Shown here in pieces: positions 1 through 11,243 of a stretch of 64,000 nt of DNA (positions are counted from its first letter, which is position 1; the number at the start of each line of letters is the position of its first letter). This stretch comes from a virus (Duplodnaviria; Caudoviricetes). The stretch is taken from the IMG/VR virus record IMGVR_UViG_3300022752_000016; one strand, written 5' to 3'. Below the pieces are notes generated by a model, which ran no database searches, was not told the DNA's origin, and saw nothing but the letters and a program-made list of their open reading frames with translations. Both the position numbers and the translations under genes were made by a program.

Positions 1-3000
1 TTATTACTGGCAATACAACGGTTGCACAGGGTATTCAAGGAATACAAGGAATATTTGGGTTACAAGGACAACAAGGACTAAGCGGTGAGTACGCAGCTCA
101 AGGAATACAAGGAAGGCAAGGACTACAAGGTTTACAAGGACTACAAGGACTACAAGGACTACAAGGAATAAGTGGGGAGTACGCAGGACAGGGAGTACAG
201 GGCCTACAAGGATTTTTCGGAATACAAGGTAGACAAGGTGTCCAAGGGTTACAGGGACTATTTGTTCAAGGATCAACTGGTTCCCAGGGTTTAGATGGCA
301 TGCAAGGATCCCAAGGACGACAAGGGATACAAGGTTTAACGGGTGCTTTTGCAGGTCAAGGTATTCAAGGAAACCAAGGTGTTCAGGGTAGGCAAGGATT
401 ACAAGGCTTGGATGGATTTGCAGTTGCTCAAGGTATGCAAGGAGCACAAGGTACACAAGGTAGACAAGGATTATTTGGAACACAAGGATTTCAAGGATTA
501 CAGGGACTGCAAGGATTACAGGGACTGCAAGGATTACAGGGTTTACAAGGCGTACAAGGGACACAAGGCGTACAAGGATTACAGGGCACACAAGGTGTAC
601 AAGGATTACAGGGCACACAAGGTGTACAAGGACTACAAGGTTTACAAGGTGTACAAGGCACACAAGGCAGACAAGGAGTACAAGGCACACAAGGCAGACA
701 AGGAGTACAAGGTTTACAAGGTGTACAAGGCACACAAGGTTTACAAGGTGTACAAGGTACACAAGGAAGACAAGGTGTTCAGGGTACACAAGGTACACAA
801 GGACTACAAGGTGTACAAGGCACACAAGGTTTACAAGGTGTACAAGGCACACAAGGAAGACAAGGTGTTCAGGGTACACAAGGTACACAAGGACTACAAG
901 GACTACAAGGTTTACAAGGTGTACAAGGCAGACAAGGAGTACAAGGTACACAAGGTACACAAGGTACACAAGGCCTACAAGGTTTACAAGGTGTACAAGG
1001 CACACAAGGAAGACAAGGTGTTCAGGGTACACAAGGTACACAAGGACTACAAGGACTACAAGGACTACAAGGTGTACAAGGCACACAAGGCAGACAAGGA
1101 GTACAAGGTACACAAGGTACACAAGGTACACAAGGTTTACAAGGTTTACAAGGCACACAAGGAAGACAAGGTGTTCAGGGTACACAAGGTACACAAGGAC
1201 TACAAGGACTACAAGGACTACAAGGTGTACAAGGCACACAAGGCAGACAAGGAGTACAAGGTACACAAGGTACACAAGGCCTACAAGGTTTACAAGGTGT
1301 ACAAGGCACACAAGGAAGACAAGGTGTTCAGGGTACACAAGGTACACAAGGACTACAAGGACTACAAGGACTACAAGGGGTACAAGGCAGACAAGGTGTT
1401 CAGGGGACACAAGGACTACAAGGAGTACAGGGAACACAAGGACTACAAGGAGTACAGGGAACACAAGGCAGACAAGGAGTACAAGGAACACAAGGTACAC
1501 AAGGTGTTCAAGGACTACAAGGCGTTCAAGGTACTCAAGGTAGACAAGGAACACAAGGAACACAAGGAGCACAAGGAACACAAGGGTTACAGGGAGTTCA
1601 AGGCACACAAGGCAGACAAGGAGTACAAGGTACACAAGGTACACAAGGTACACAAGGCCTACAAGGTGTACAAGGCCTACAAGGTTTACAAGGTGTACAA
1701 GGCACACAAGGAAGACAAGGACTACAAGGACTACAAGGTTTACAAGGTGTACAAGGCACACAAGGAAGACAAGGAGTACAAGGTACACAAGGACTACAAG
1801 GACTACAAGGACTACAAGGTGTACAAGGACCACAAAGTATACAAGGACCACAAGGTACACAAGGACTACAAGGACTACAAGGACTACAAGGTTTGCAAGG
1901 GGTACAAGGACCACAAAGTATACAAGGACCACAAGGTACACAAGGACTACAAGGACTACAAGGACTACAAGGGGTACAAGGACCACAAAGTATACAAGGA
2001 CCACAAGGTTTACAAGGACCACAAGGCGTTCAGGGTGTACAGGGTTTACAAGGACCACAAAGTATACAAGGACCACAAGGTTTACAAGGACCACAAGGTT
2101 TTCAAGGAATACAAGGAATACAAGGACCACAAAGTATTCAAGGCGTACAAGGCACACAAGGAACACAGGGTGTTCAGGGTTTACAAGGTGTACAAGGCAC
2201 ACAAGGAAGACAAGGTGTTCAGGGTACACAAGGTACACAAGGTACACAAGGCAGACAAGGAGTACAGGGTACACAAGGTGTACAAGGACTACAAGGACTA
2301 CAAGGAGTACAAGGCACACAAGGCAGACAAGGTGTACAAGGTACACAAGGTGTTCAAGGTTTACAGGGAATACAAGGTATTCAAGGTATTCAAGGTACTC
2401 AAGGAACTCAGGGAGTGCAGGGGCTTGATGGGTTCGCAGTAGCCCAAGGAATGCAAGGGACACAAGGCATACAAGGTGTTCAAGGATTACAAGGTAACCA
2501 AGGAGTAGCAGGAATACCACAATCTTGGACATTAATAACTTCGAGTCAACTCGCAGGGAGTGATACCAGATATATAGCAAATACAAGTGGAGGACCGTTC
2601 ACATTAACTTTACCAGCCAGTCCAGTTTTAGGACAGGTAGTTATTGTAACAGATGGAAATAATTGGGCAGCAAATAATTTAACAATTGCAGGTAACGGAT
2701 CTACAATTCAAGGATCCTATACTGACCTTATTTTAAATATACAAGATATTACAGTAGAACTTGTCTATGACGGTACTACATGGTTAGTAACAGCAACATT
2801 GGGTCAACGAGGAGTTCAAGGACAAAGTGGAATACAAGGACTAGATGGTTTTCAAGGTGCACAAGGAACGCAAGGCATACAAGGCAGACAAGGCTTACAA
2901 GGTCCTACTGCTGCACAAGGTGCACAAGGAACACAAGGAGTTCAAGGAACACAGGGCAGACAAGGCTTACAAGGTCCTACTGCTGCACAAGGTGCACAAG

Positions 3001-4847
3001 GAACACAAGGAGTTCAAGGTACACAAGGTGTACAAGGCAGGCAAGGCATACAAGGCAGACAAGGATTACAAGGGCCTACAGCATCACAAGGAACACAAGG
3101 AACACAAGGAACACAAGGAACACAAGGGTTACAAGGCAGGCAAGGATTACAAGGGCCTACAGCATCACAAGGAACACAAGGAACACAAGGAACACAAGGG
3201 TTACAAGGGCTACAAGGCAGGCAAGGATTACAAGGACCTACAGCATCACAAGGAACACAAGGGTTATACGGCATTCAAGGAAATCAAGGTATTCAAGGTA
3301 TTCCTGGCACAGTAGCAGCACAGGGTATGCAGGGTCTTCAAGGACTACAAGGAGTTCAGGGAACGCAAGGAACACAAGGATTACAAGGACCTACTGCTGC
3401 ACAGGGCGCACAGGGAACACAGGGACTACAAGGTAATCAGGGGGTACAGGGCAGGCAGGGATTACAAGGTCCAACTGCTGCACAGGGCGCACAGGGAACA
3501 CAGGGACTACAAGGTAATCAGGGGGTACAGGGCAGACAGGGATTACAAGGTCCAACTGCTGCACAAGGTGCACAAGGAACACAGGGATTACAAGGGTTAC
3601 AAGGTTTGCAAGGATTACAAGGTCGGCAAGGTTTACAAGGCCCAACTGCTTCACAAGGAACACAAGGTATACAGGGACTTAATGGATTATTTTCAGCACA
3701 GGGTACACAAGGATTACAGGGATCAGCAGGAGCAGGTGGCGGTGGTAACATAAGTGGTCCAGCAAGTGCTAGTGGTAGGGAAATAGCATACTTTACAAGT
3801 TCTACAACAATTGACACAGTACCAACTTTAACTTATGATCAACCTAATGGTTATATTCAGGTAAAATCGAAGGATTCATTTGATGGCGGTGTGATACAGT
3901 TTTACAGTACTGGCAATACAAATTATACAATTTTTGGGCGTAAAGATACTGGTAGCAATGTAAGTCTTTGGTTACCCAACACAGTAGGCACTACTGGACA
4001 AGTATTATCTATTACTTTAAATTCTGGTCCAAGTGAAGCTCAATTGGGTTGGTCAACTGCGGCAACATACTTTAACACAGGAAATTATAGAATTCCTATT
4101 TATGATCCTGATAATTCAAGTTTAAGATTTTATGGACCTACCATAGATAGTGATAACGTTATTACAACACGTAATTTTTGGGCTTCAAATACTATAGGTG
4201 GGGCAGATAATCCTTACTTAAGAGTTTCTGCACCATCTGCAAGGACTTATACACAATTTCAAAGAGCCGCAGGTGGCGCAAATACTACACTGTATTTACC
4301 GACAGCCAGCGCAAATTCTAGTTACGGTAGCTATTTGGGTGCAATTGATAGTCAAAATCAACTACAATGGATGTATGGTTTATGGGGCGATGCTGTACGA
4401 AGCGATACTACAAGTGCTGACTTTTATTATCCAACTTGGGTTAGAGACTATTTTAACGGCGCAAATAATATTGTATATATTTCTTCAAGCACTAGTAAGT
4501 TTGGTTATAGGCCAAGCTCAGGTACATTACAAGTTACTGTATTAACTCAAACTTCTACTATACAAGATAAAGAAAATCTAAGACCTATTACAAATGCACT
4601 CTCAACTTTAAATCAATTTAGTACATATTTATATGACAGAAAAGATGGGTCAGCCTCAAACGTTCCTGGTGTAATTGCAGAAGAAGTAGCTAATATCTTT
4701 CCTGAACTAGTTACTTATACAAGTAATAACATACCAACAGGGGTTAACTATACACAATTTATTCCGTTATTAATTGAAGGAATTAAAAATCTAACAGAAA
4801 AAGTTGAGTTATTGGAAACTGAAATTAATAATCTTAAAAATCAGTAA
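1..4847 (+). CDS. Collagen-like (Gly-X-Gln) tail fibre with C-terminal peptidase S74-type intramolecular chaperone; 5' partial
   Basis: Frame 3 is open from nt 3 ([13 protein letters not shown]...), so the true start lies left of the window. Hundreds of G-X-Q triplets; internal fibre domain ([18 protein letters not shown]...LVYDGTTW); C-terminus [12 protein letters not shown]...GVIAEEV...[15 protein letters not shown] matches the S74 chaperone pattern. Confidence 0.85.
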   Translation, partial: ITGNTTVAQGIQGIQGIFGLQGQQGLSGEYAAQGIQGRQGLQGLQGLQGLQGLQGISGEYAGQGVQGLQGFFGIQGRQGVQGLQGLFVQGSTGSQGLDGMQGSQGRQGIQGLTGAFAGQGIQGNQGVQGRQGLQGLDGFAVAQGMQGAQGTQGRQGLFGTQGFQGLQGLQGLQGLQGLQGLQGVQGTQGVQGLQGTQGVQGLQGTQGVQGLQGLQGVQGTQGRQGVQGTQGRQGVQGLQGVQGTQGLQGVQGTQGRQGVQGTQGTQGLQGVQGTQGLQGVQGTQGRQGVQGTQGTQGLQGLQGLQGVQGRQGVQGTQGTQGTQGLQGLQGVQGTQGRQGVQGTQGTQGLQGLQGLQGVQGTQGRQGVQGTQGTQGTQGLQGLQGTQGRQGVQGTQGTQGLQGLQGLQGVQGTQGRQGVQGTQGTQGLQGLQGVQGTQGRQGVQGTQGTQGLQGLQGLQGVQGRQGVQGTQGLQGVQGTQGLQGVQGTQGRQGVQGTQGTQGVQGLQGVQGTQGRQGTQGTQGAQGTQGLQGVQGTQGRQGVQGTQGTQGTQGLQGVQGLQGLQGVQGTQGRQGLQGLQGLQGVQGTQGRQGVQGTQGLQGLQGLQGVQGPQSIQGPQGTQGLQGLQGLQGLQGVQGPQSIQGPQGTQGLQGLQGLQGVQGPQSIQGPQGLQGPQGVQGVQGLQGPQSIQGPQGLQGPQGFQGIQGIQGPQSIQGVQGTQGTQGVQGLQGVQGTQGRQGVQGTQGTQGTQGRQGVQGTQGVQGLQGLQGVQGTQGRQGVQGTQGVQGLQGIQGIQGIQGTQGTQGVQGLDGFAVAQGMQGTQGIQGVQGLQGNQGVAGIPQSWTLITSSQLAGSDTRYIANTSGGPFTLTLPASPVLGQVVIVTDGNNWAANNLTIAGNGSTIQGSYTDLILNIQDITVELVYDGTTWLVTATLGQRGVQGQSGIQGLDGFQGAQGTQGIQGRQGLQGPTAAQGAQGTQGVQGTQGRQGLQGPTAAQGAQGTQGVQGTQGVQGRQGIQGRQGLQGPTASQGTQGTQGTQGTQGLQGRQGLQGPTASQGTQGTQGTQGLQGLQGRQGLQGPTASQGTQGLYGIQGNQGIQGIPGTVAAQGMQGLQGLQGVQGTQGTQGLQGPTAAQGAQGTQGLQGNQGVQGRQGLQGPTAAQGAQGTQGLQGNQGVQGRQGLQGPTAAQGAQGTQGLQGLQGLQGLQGRQGLQGPTASQGTQGIQGLNGLFSAQGTQGLQGSAGAGGGGNISGPASASGREIAYFTSSTTIDTVPTLTYDQPNGYIQVKSKDSFDGGVIQFYSTGNTNYTIFGRKDTGSNVSLWLPNTVGTTGQVLSITLNSGPSEAQLGWSTAATYFNTGNYRIPIYDPDNSSLRFYGPTIDSDNVITTRNFWASNTIGGADNPYLRVSAPSARTYTQFQRAAGGANTTLYLPTASANSSYGSYLGAIDSQNQLQWMYGLWGDAVRSDTTSADFYYPTWVRDYFNGANNIVYISSSTSKFGYRPSSGTLQVTVLTQTSTIQDKENLRPITNALSTLNQFSTYLYDRKDGSASNVPGVIAEEVANIFPELVTYTSNNIPTGVNYTQFIPLLIEGIKNLTEKVELLETEINNLKNQ
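3..2519 (+). repeat. 9-nt-period coding repeat (GGN-NNN-CAR), collagen block 1
   Basis: Tandem caagg-containing 9-mers encoding [12 protein letters not shown]. Confidence 0.95.
2802..3723 (+). repeat. Collagen block 2 (G-X-Q interrupted by PTAAQ/PTASQ)
   Basis: Repeated [10 protein letters not shown](A/S)QG units. Confidence 0.9.
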
Positions 4848-4856
4848 GGATAATAA

Positions 4857-5474
4857 ATGATAACATTAGAATTACTTCAATCAGTATGTACAAAAACAAA
4901 AGCAAGTGTATTAGAACCTTATGTTAACCCACTAATAAAAGTAACTGAACACTATGATATGATTGAGAACCCAAAACGAGTAGCTGCCTTTTTAGCTCAA
5001 GTAGCGCATGAAAGTGGTGGGTTCACTGCTGTTAAAGAAAATTTAAATTATGGTGCTAAAGGATTAATGACAACTTTTAAAAAATATTTTCCTAACGAAG
5101 AACTAGCCAAACAATATGAACGTAAACCTGAAAAAATTGCAAATCGTGTGTATGCTAATCGTATGAAAAATGGCGACGAAGCAAGTGGTGATGGATTTAA
5201 ATTTCGTGGTAGGGGTTTAATTCAACTCACAGGCCGTGATAATTATACTAGATTTGCAAAAAGTATAGGTAAGTCATTAGATGATACTGTTCTTTTTTTA
5301 GAAACACCTGAAGGCGCTGTTACAAGTGCTGGTTGGTTTTGGGATACAAATAAATTAAACATTTACTGTGATAAGGATGATTTTTTAGGACTAACCAAAC
5401 GTATTAATGGTGGCACGATTGGATTAATTGATAGACAACACCATTATGAAATAGCTTTAAAGGCACTTACATAA
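4857..5474 (+). CDS. Glycoside hydrolase family 19 lysozyme (endolysin or tail-associated muramidase)
   Basis: AAFLAQVAHESGGF, ENLNY, FRGRGLIQLTGRDNY, TKRINGG motifs. Confidence 0.9.
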   Translation: MITLELLQSVCTKTKASVLEPYVNPLIKVTEHYDMIENPKRVAAFLAQVAHESGGFTAVKENLNYGAKGLMTTFKKYFPNEELAKQYERKPEKIANRVYANRMKNGDEASGDGFKFRGRGLIQLTGRDNYTRFAKSIGKSLDDTVLFLETPEGAVTSAGWFWDTNKLNIYCDKDDFLGLTKRINGGTIGLIDRQHHYEIALKALT

Positions 5475-5477
5475 TAT

Positions 5478-8069
5478 ATGGCTCAACCGATTTGGAATAT
5501 TCAAAAAGGATCTATAGGAACATTTCCTGCAAATATACCCTTTACTAAGTTAATTACTGCAAAACCTGTGCTTCCTGCAACTACAGTTACATATGTTAAA
5601 ATAGCAGGTAGTTTACCTGATGGGGTACAATTTAATTCTGATGGGTTATTGTATGGTACACCAACCACAGTAGGACTTGATACTACTTTTACGTTTGTGA
5701 TTCGTGCTGTTGATAATCAAAATAATTTATCTGATAGAACTTTTACAATTACAGTTTCTGGTAGTGCTATACCAAAAATATTAACACCTTCTGGAATTTT
5801 CCTGACTGTAAATGATAGTACATGGGTAGAAAATTTTATAGAATATTCAAATCCACTTCCTTCAAATGTTGTAAGTTTTAAAATTATTCAAGGAACCTTA
5901 CCTCCTGGATTACAAATGAATGAATATGGATTAATTAGAGGGTACGCAGAACCAGTATATTTAAATTTAAATTTAGAAGAGGCTAGTACTTCAGTAGTTA
6001 GGTGTGAAGAAAATATTTTTACAGCATTGACTACAGCTAATTTTGTTGAAAACAGGCCAATTGTGTTTTCAGGCAGTATAATAGGCGGAGTAGTTGCAGG
6101 AAGAATTTATTATGTAAAAAATATTTTAAATAATACTCAATTTACTGTATCTACCACTGTAGATGGTAATCAATTAGAATTATCTGATGAAACCGGGTAT
6201 ATGGATACAACATTACCTGCAACAGGTTTACAAAGACCTACTATTAAAAGTTTTAGTTTTACAGTTTCTTTGGAAAGTAATTTGGGTAATGACATACAAA
6301 CATTTGAAATTGTAGTAGTAAATCAAAATTTGCCTATTAGTCAAGGAGGATCGGGTTTACCGCCTAATACTAGAGTACCTACAATTTACAATATAAGACC
6401 TCCTATTTTTGATTATAATTTATTACCATCTTCAGGTTTTTACATAGTTCCTAAGGATTTAAAGGGAATAACATACACAACAAAAGATTTTGCCTTTATT
6501 GGAGATTTTGCTAGTGGTAATTATTTTTCATTTGAAATAATAGGTCACGATTTTGATGGAAACCAACTTCAATATAATTTTGTAAATTTACCATTAGGGT
6601 TAGTTGGCAATACACAAACTGGATGGATCACTGGGACTCCTGTTTTAAATAACATAGGAGTTAATGAATTTAATTTTAGTGTGTTTGTAAGCAAATTACA
6701 GAATCCGCAAATTGTAAGTAAAGCATTTAATTTTTCTTTCAAATTATCAAATTCTATTACATCCAATATAACTTGGCTTACACCAAATAACTTAGGAATA
6801 ATTTCAAATGGTTCAACTAGTGTATTTAAAGTAGAGGCTATTGCAGATGTTATTTTAAAATATAGACTTATTCAAGGGACATTACCTCCCAATTTAAAAT
6901 TACTTGATAATGGAGAATTAACAGGACAAACTGCATGGCAACCAACTACTCAAGTAGTTGAACCAGGAACAAACACACTATTTACTTTTACTATCGAAGC
7001 TTTTTCTGAAGAATTCTATATAATTAAAAGTTCAAAAACATTTTATATTAATGTTATTCAAGAATATGCGTATCCGTCAGAATCTTTATATATTAAGGCA
7101 ACTCCTAGTTTAGAAAATAGAAATCTTTTACGAACTTTATTATTAAATGAAGAAATTATACCAACAAACTATTTGTATAGACCTAGTGATCCTAGATTTG
7201 GTAAGGCAACTGATGTAATTTATGCACATGCATTTGGAATTGATAGCAGTTCTTTTGACAAATACATAGAGGCTGTAACTAAAAATCATTATTGGAGAAA
7301 CATAATTTTAGGAAGCATATCTACTGCTGTTGCTAAAAATAATGATGGAGAAATTATATACGAAGTTGTTTATAGTAATGTGATTGATAATTTAGTAAAT
7401 ATTAAAAATGAAAGTGTTCCTGAAGAAATTATTTGGCCTAGAAAAGTTAATTTATTTGAAGGCCCATGGTATACCAGCATTACAGACATTTATACAAGCT
7501 ATATATTTCAAAACGAAAGTGAAAGTCAGTTTTTAGAAACTGAAAATAATTTATTACTTAGTACAGAAAATGCACAATTACTGTCTACTGAACTTGGTCA
7601 ACCTACCTATTTCACTAGTTTAACACCTGGATATGCAAGAATATTTTACCCCAATAGTTTGCCCAATATGAGAAATCGTATTGCACAGGTTTTAGGACAA
7701 CAAGCAAATTATAAATTATTGCCTAAATGGATGACAAGTCAACAACCTAATGGCAGCACTTTGGGATATGTTCCAGCTTGGGTAATTTGTTATACTAAAC
7801 CAGGATTCAGTGAAATAATTAAAAATAATATTGAAAACAATTGGAAAAACGAATTAGGGCAACATAATGTACTTAATCAAATCAATTTTAAAATTGATCG
7901 ATTTATTGTTGATAAAAGCACTACTTTTAATTATAATGATAGAACAAGCCCGCCTGCATGGTTGAGTTTACCTAGTGGGAATCCTGAACCTGTACCTATA
8001 GATAGTAAAGATTTTTATGTGTTGTTCCCACGTAAAACTATTTTACCGAACACACCTCAATATAGCTAA
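5478..8069 (+). CDS. Virion structural protein with putative Ig-like repeats (baseplate/tail)
   Basis: Repeated GxLPxGLxLxxxGxIxGTP motifs; located in the tail module. Confidence 0.65.
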   Translation: MAQPIWNIQKGSIGTFPANIPFTKLITAKPVLPATTVTYVKIAGSLPDGVQFNSDGLLYGTPTTVGLDTTFTFVIRAVDNQNNLSDRTFTITVSGSAIPKILTPSGIFLTVNDSTWVENFIEYSNPLPSNVVSFKIIQGTLPPGLQMNEYGLIRGYAEPVYLNLNLEEASTSVVRCEENIFTALTTANFVENRPIVFSGSIIGGVVAGRIYYVKNILNNTQFTVSTTVDGNQLELSDETGYMDTTLPATGLQRPTIKSFSFTVSLESNLGNDIQTFEIVVVNQNLPISQGGSGLPPNTRVPTIYNIRPPIFDYNLLPSSGFYIVPKDLKGITYTTKDFAFIGDFASGNYFSFEIIGHDFDGNQLQYNFVNLPLGLVGNTQTGWITGTPVLNNIGVNEFNFSVFVSKLQNPQIVSKAFNFSFKLSNSITSNITWLTPNNLGIISNGSTSVFKVEAIADVILKYRLIQGTLPPNLKLLDNGELTGQTAWQPTTQVVEPGTNTLFTFTIEAFSEEFYIIKSSKTFYINVIQEYAYPSESLYIKATPSLENRNLLRTLLLNEEIIPTNYLYRPSDPRFGKATDVIYAHAFGIDSSSFDKYIEAVTKNHYWRNIILGSISTAVAKNNDGEIIYEVVYSNVIDNLVNIKNESVPEEIIWPRKVNLFEGPWYTSITDIYTSYIFQNESESQFLETENNLLLSTENAQLLSTELGQPTYFTSLTPGYARIFYPNSLPNMRNRIAQVLGQQANYKLLPKWMTSQQPNGSTLGYVPAWVICYTKPGFSEIIKNNIENNWKNELGQHNVLNQINFKIDRFIVDKSTTFNYNDRTSPPAWLSLPSGNPEPVPIDSKDFYVLFPRKTILPNTPQYS

Positions 8070-8072
8070 ATA
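8067..8072 (+). promoter_or_regulatory. Candidate late promoter (TAAATA)
   Basis: T4-late-like TAAATA just upstream of the RBS of a structural gene; also frequent by chance in AT-rich DNA. Confidence 0.4.
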
Positions 8073-8090
8073 TATTAAGGAATAACAAAA

Positions 8091-10421
8091 ATGAGTTCAA
8101 TAAACACAAATGCACTTGACGTAAATTATCCTGTACCAGGTGTCAATAACAATTCACAGGGATTTAGAAATAATTTTGCTGCAATTAAAACTAACTTAGA
8201 TTTTGCAGGTAATGAAATTACGGAGTTACAAAATAAAAGTGTTCTTAAGTCTGCATTAGCTAATTCAATTGTAAACAATGATATGGCAAATACACTTATA
8301 AGTAATGCAAGTACACGTAGTTTTAGGTCTACTACTTATAATTTAGGTAACGCACTATCAGGTACAGTTGTTGTAAATGCTTCACTTGGAGATGTACAAT
8401 ATGGAAATATTGCAGGAGACATAATCTTACAATTTGGATATTGGGCTCCAGTTGGGACAATGCAAAAAATATCCTTACAGCTAGGTTTCGGTAATCGTGA
8501 AGCAAGTGTTGCTTTTCCTATAGAAGTTGTTGCAAATGATACATTTGGATTGACTCTTGTAGAAAACTATGAATCTAATAATAGTATTTCTTATGTCACT
8601 GTCCCATCAGGGACAGATCAATTAAATTTTGATCTTTACACGCTTGATTGCGGAAATACTATTTACATTACTCCTACCAATAGAAGTTTTAAATCTACTC
8701 AAATAAAAACTAAAATACCCCCAAGCACTGGAGTATTAGGAGATATGACAGGAGATGTGTCAATTACTCCAAATCTATCTCAATTAACTATTTCATCGAC
8801 GGAACATACAGTAGCTAACATTTATCCTGCAGTAACTATAATGCCAACAAGTTCTATTACAGGTAATTTATTAACTGTTGGTAGTATAGAATCAGTACAA
8901 ATTTTAAACGGAGGTATTACAGGAAATACTTTACAACTTGGAAATATTCAATCAGGCAACATAAAGGTTGGTATGCAATTATCAGGAAATGGTGTTACTG
9001 TAGGTACATATATTGTAAAAAATTTAGGTAATGGAGTAGGAAATGGAAGCACTTGGCAACTTAGTAACACAAGCACTGTAAGTAATGCTAATGCAGTTAC
9101 TACAGGGTCTATAATAGATGCAGACGATGGTACACGTTGGGTTCAAACAGGAAGTATTTCAGGAACAACTTTGACACTAACAGGGTCACCTGGAACAGGT
9201 ATCGTTGCAGCAAATCAAATAATTACAGGCACAGGTATAACTACAGGCACAGGTATTGTAAGTGGTTCAGGTACGACTTGGACAATTTCCCCTAGTCAAA
9301 CAGTTGCAAGCACCACAATAAGTGGTGGTAATATTGGTACAACATTAACAGTTGGTACTTTATCTTCAGGAACTATTAAAATAGGTATGTTACTTTCTGG
9401 AGGAAATATAAACGCAAATACTTTTATTTCAAATAATATAAGCGGATCAGGAAGTGGAAGTAAGTGGCAAGTATCAAATTCACAATTTCAATCTAGTGTT
9501 AATATTACAGGAAGACCTTATATAAGCGGGTCTGCCTCTATTGTACCTGGTATGATTCTTTCAGGTCATGCTAATTTAACAGCTAATACTTATTATATAA
9601 CCCAAGAAGTTACTCCTAATAGTTTATATTATATAAATAGTTCAGTTACTGTTCCAAGTTCAACAATTATAGGTACCACTGGTATAGCAAATACAACTTT
9701 AACAGTAGGAAGTTTTGAAGGTGAGGTAGTAGATGGACAAGTTCTATCAGGAACTGGTGTAGCTTCTGGTACCTATATAAAAAATAACATTTCAGGACTT
9801 GGTCAATTTAGCACATGGGAAGTAAGTAAAAATCAAATTGTGGCAACTTCACAAATTGATGCGGAGGTAAATGCCTTAACGTGCGAGGATACTTCACAAT
9901 TATACACAGATTTGCCAATCATATTTACAGGTAATACTTACGGTGGTGTAAATAAAGGAAACACTTATTATGTAAATCAGGTAGTAAATGAAACACAATT
10001 TACTTTAGTTTCAAATGTTGGTAATACAACGGATATTACATTAAGTAATGTAAGTGCAACTATGTATGGAAATCCTGTCAGTTATCTTTATTTAGCGACT
10101 GATGATTATGATTCTGTTGCAGTAGAAAGTACAATTGTTGCAACTTTTGATAATGGAAATATAACTTGTAATAATACCTCAAGTTTATCCAATAATGCTC
10201 CAATTATTTTTTCGGGAAATGTTTTTGGAGGTATAGTTGCTAATGAAGTTTATTATATAAAATCTGTAAATACAGGCACAGGTAACATAAGTATTAGTAA
10301 AACTAGAACCGATGGTATAGCAGGTACAATGATTTCTTTGGAAGCAAATACAGGAAGTTTTACATCTAATACATACATTGGAAAGGATATTTGGCGTAGA
10401 ATTTCTGTCACTCCATTTTAA
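8091..10421 (+). CDS. Virion structural protein with internal ~60-aa Gly/Thr-rich repeats
   Basis: N-terminal YPVPGVNNNSQGFRNNF; about 5 repeats of ITGxTLxV...GMxLSG...GTYI...TWxVS. Confidence 0.6.
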   Translation: MSSINTNALDVNYPVPGVNNNSQGFRNNFAAIKTNLDFAGNEITELQNKSVLKSALANSIVNNDMANTLISNASTRSFRSTTYNLGNALSGTVVVNASLGDVQYGNIAGDIILQFGYWAPVGTMQKISLQLGFGNREASVAFPIEVVANDTFGLTLVENYESNNSISYVTVPSGTDQLNFDLYTLDCGNTIYITPTNRSFKSTQIKTKIPPSTGVLGDMTGDVSITPNLSQLTISSTEHTVANIYPAVTIMPTSSITGNLLTVGSIESVQILNGGITGNTLQLGNIQSGNIKVGMQLSGNGVTVGTYIVKNLGNGVGNGSTWQLSNTSTVSNANAVTTGSIIDADDGTRWVQTGSISGTTLTLTGSPGTGIVAANQIITGTGITTGTGIVSGSGTTWTISPSQTVASTTISGGNIGTTLTVGTLSSGTIKIGMLLSGGNINANTFISNNISGSGSGSKWQVSNSQFQSSVNITGRPYISGSASIVPGMILSGHANLTANTYYITQEVTPNSLYYINSSVTVPSSTIIGTTGIANTTLTVGSFEGEVVDGQVLSGTGVASGTYIKNNISGLGQFSTWEVSKNQIVATSQIDAEVNALTCEDTSQLYTDLPIIFTGNTYGGVNKGNTYYVNQVVNETQFTLVSNVGNTTDITLSNVSATMYGNPVSYLYLATDDYDSVAVESTIVATFDNGNITCNNTSSLSNNAPIIFSGNVFGGIVANEVYYIKSVNTGTGNISISKTRTDGIAGTMISLEANTGSFTSNTYIGKDIWRRISVTPF

Positions 10422-10422
10422 T

Positions 10423-10656
10423 ATGCAACATCCTTTCATAAACGATTTGTCAAACTTGACGATGGAAGAATTACAACAAAAAATTACTGAATTAAATAAT
10501 AAACTTAATTTTGCTTATAGATCAGGAAAAGGTCCATTAATACATCAATTACAAATGGTTATTGAAAGTTACAAAACAGAATATAATAAAAAAATTGCTG
10601 AAATGGTAAATAAACAAAATTTAAAATCGCAAATTAATGTGGAAAAGACAAAATGA
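10423..10656 (+). CDS. Hypothetical coiled-coil protein
   Basis: ATG at 10423 follows the upstream stop; stop overlaps the next start (ATGA). Confidence 0.7.
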   Translation: MQHPFINDLSNLTMEELQQKITELNNKLNFAYRSGKGPLIHQLQMVIESYKTEYNKKIAEMVNKQNLKSQINVEKTK

Positions 10657-11213
10657 CTACTAGAATAGAAAAAAATTGGAATTTTAATGCAGGCGTACAT
10701 TTTTCAGATAAATTGTTGTTAAATAATTATATCATAACATTGTCTATGGTAGTTGAAACGGAACAGGTACGTGAACAAAATATTGCAATGGAAAGGTTAC
10801 ATTATTTTATAAATGAAGTCCTAGATAATAGTATTTTTTTTGATCTAAATGATAAAAAAATAGAAGCTTTTAAAAATCTAAATTTAAAAATATGTTCGCT
10901 TCCTGAAGAACCATTTGATCAAATAATTGGAATCATTTTACTAATGAAATTTAATTCTATTCTTGAAAACAAATTAGTAGTCACAGATTTGTTTATAGAA
11001 TCAAAACTAGGAGATTATGTTAAGTTTCATATTGTTCAAGAAATAGCCGAAAGTTTTTTTACAGGAAATAATTGGTGGAATAATGCATCCGCAAATATTT
11101 CAAATAATGAAAAAAATTCGGGAAAAAAAACTAAAATAGTTAAATTATTTGATGATGATTGGTTAGGTTTAGGTTTGTCTTGGAAAGATCCTAAAGTTTG
11201 CCAAAAAAGTTGA
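10653..11213 (+). CDS. Hypothetical protein
   Basis: 186-aa ORF, translationally coupled. Confidence 0.75.
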   Translation: MTTRIEKNWNFNAGVHFSDKLLLNNYIITLSMVVETEQVREQNIAMERLHYFINEVLDNSIFFDLNDKKIEAFKNLNLKICSLPEEPFDQIIGIILLMKFNSILENKLVVTDLFIESKLGDYVKFHIVQEIAESFFTGNNWWNNASANISNNEKNSGKKTKIVKLFDDDWLGLGLSWKDPKVCQKS

Positions 11214-11237
11214 CTTATATATAAACTATGTTAAAAT
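11201..11237 (+). promoter_or_regulatory. Sigma70-like promoter with upstream CCAAAA element
   Basis: CCAAAA-N3-TTGACT-N16-TAAAAT with extended TG. Confidence 0.6.
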
Positions 11238-11243
11238 TGTTCT

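Noticed and set aside
4-2586. 860-aa minus-strand ORF, the 699-aa + ORF at 343..2442 and the Cys/Pro-rich minus ORFs
   Set aside because: Shadow frames of the 9-nt collagen repeat, which lacks stop codons in several frames; low-complexity products
1-3723. Possible CRISPR array or satellite repeat
   Set aside because: The period is codon-locked, there are no unique spacers, and it lies within one ORF
2780-3817. Several alternative-frame ORFs over collagen block 2
   Set aside because: Same repeat-shadow artefact
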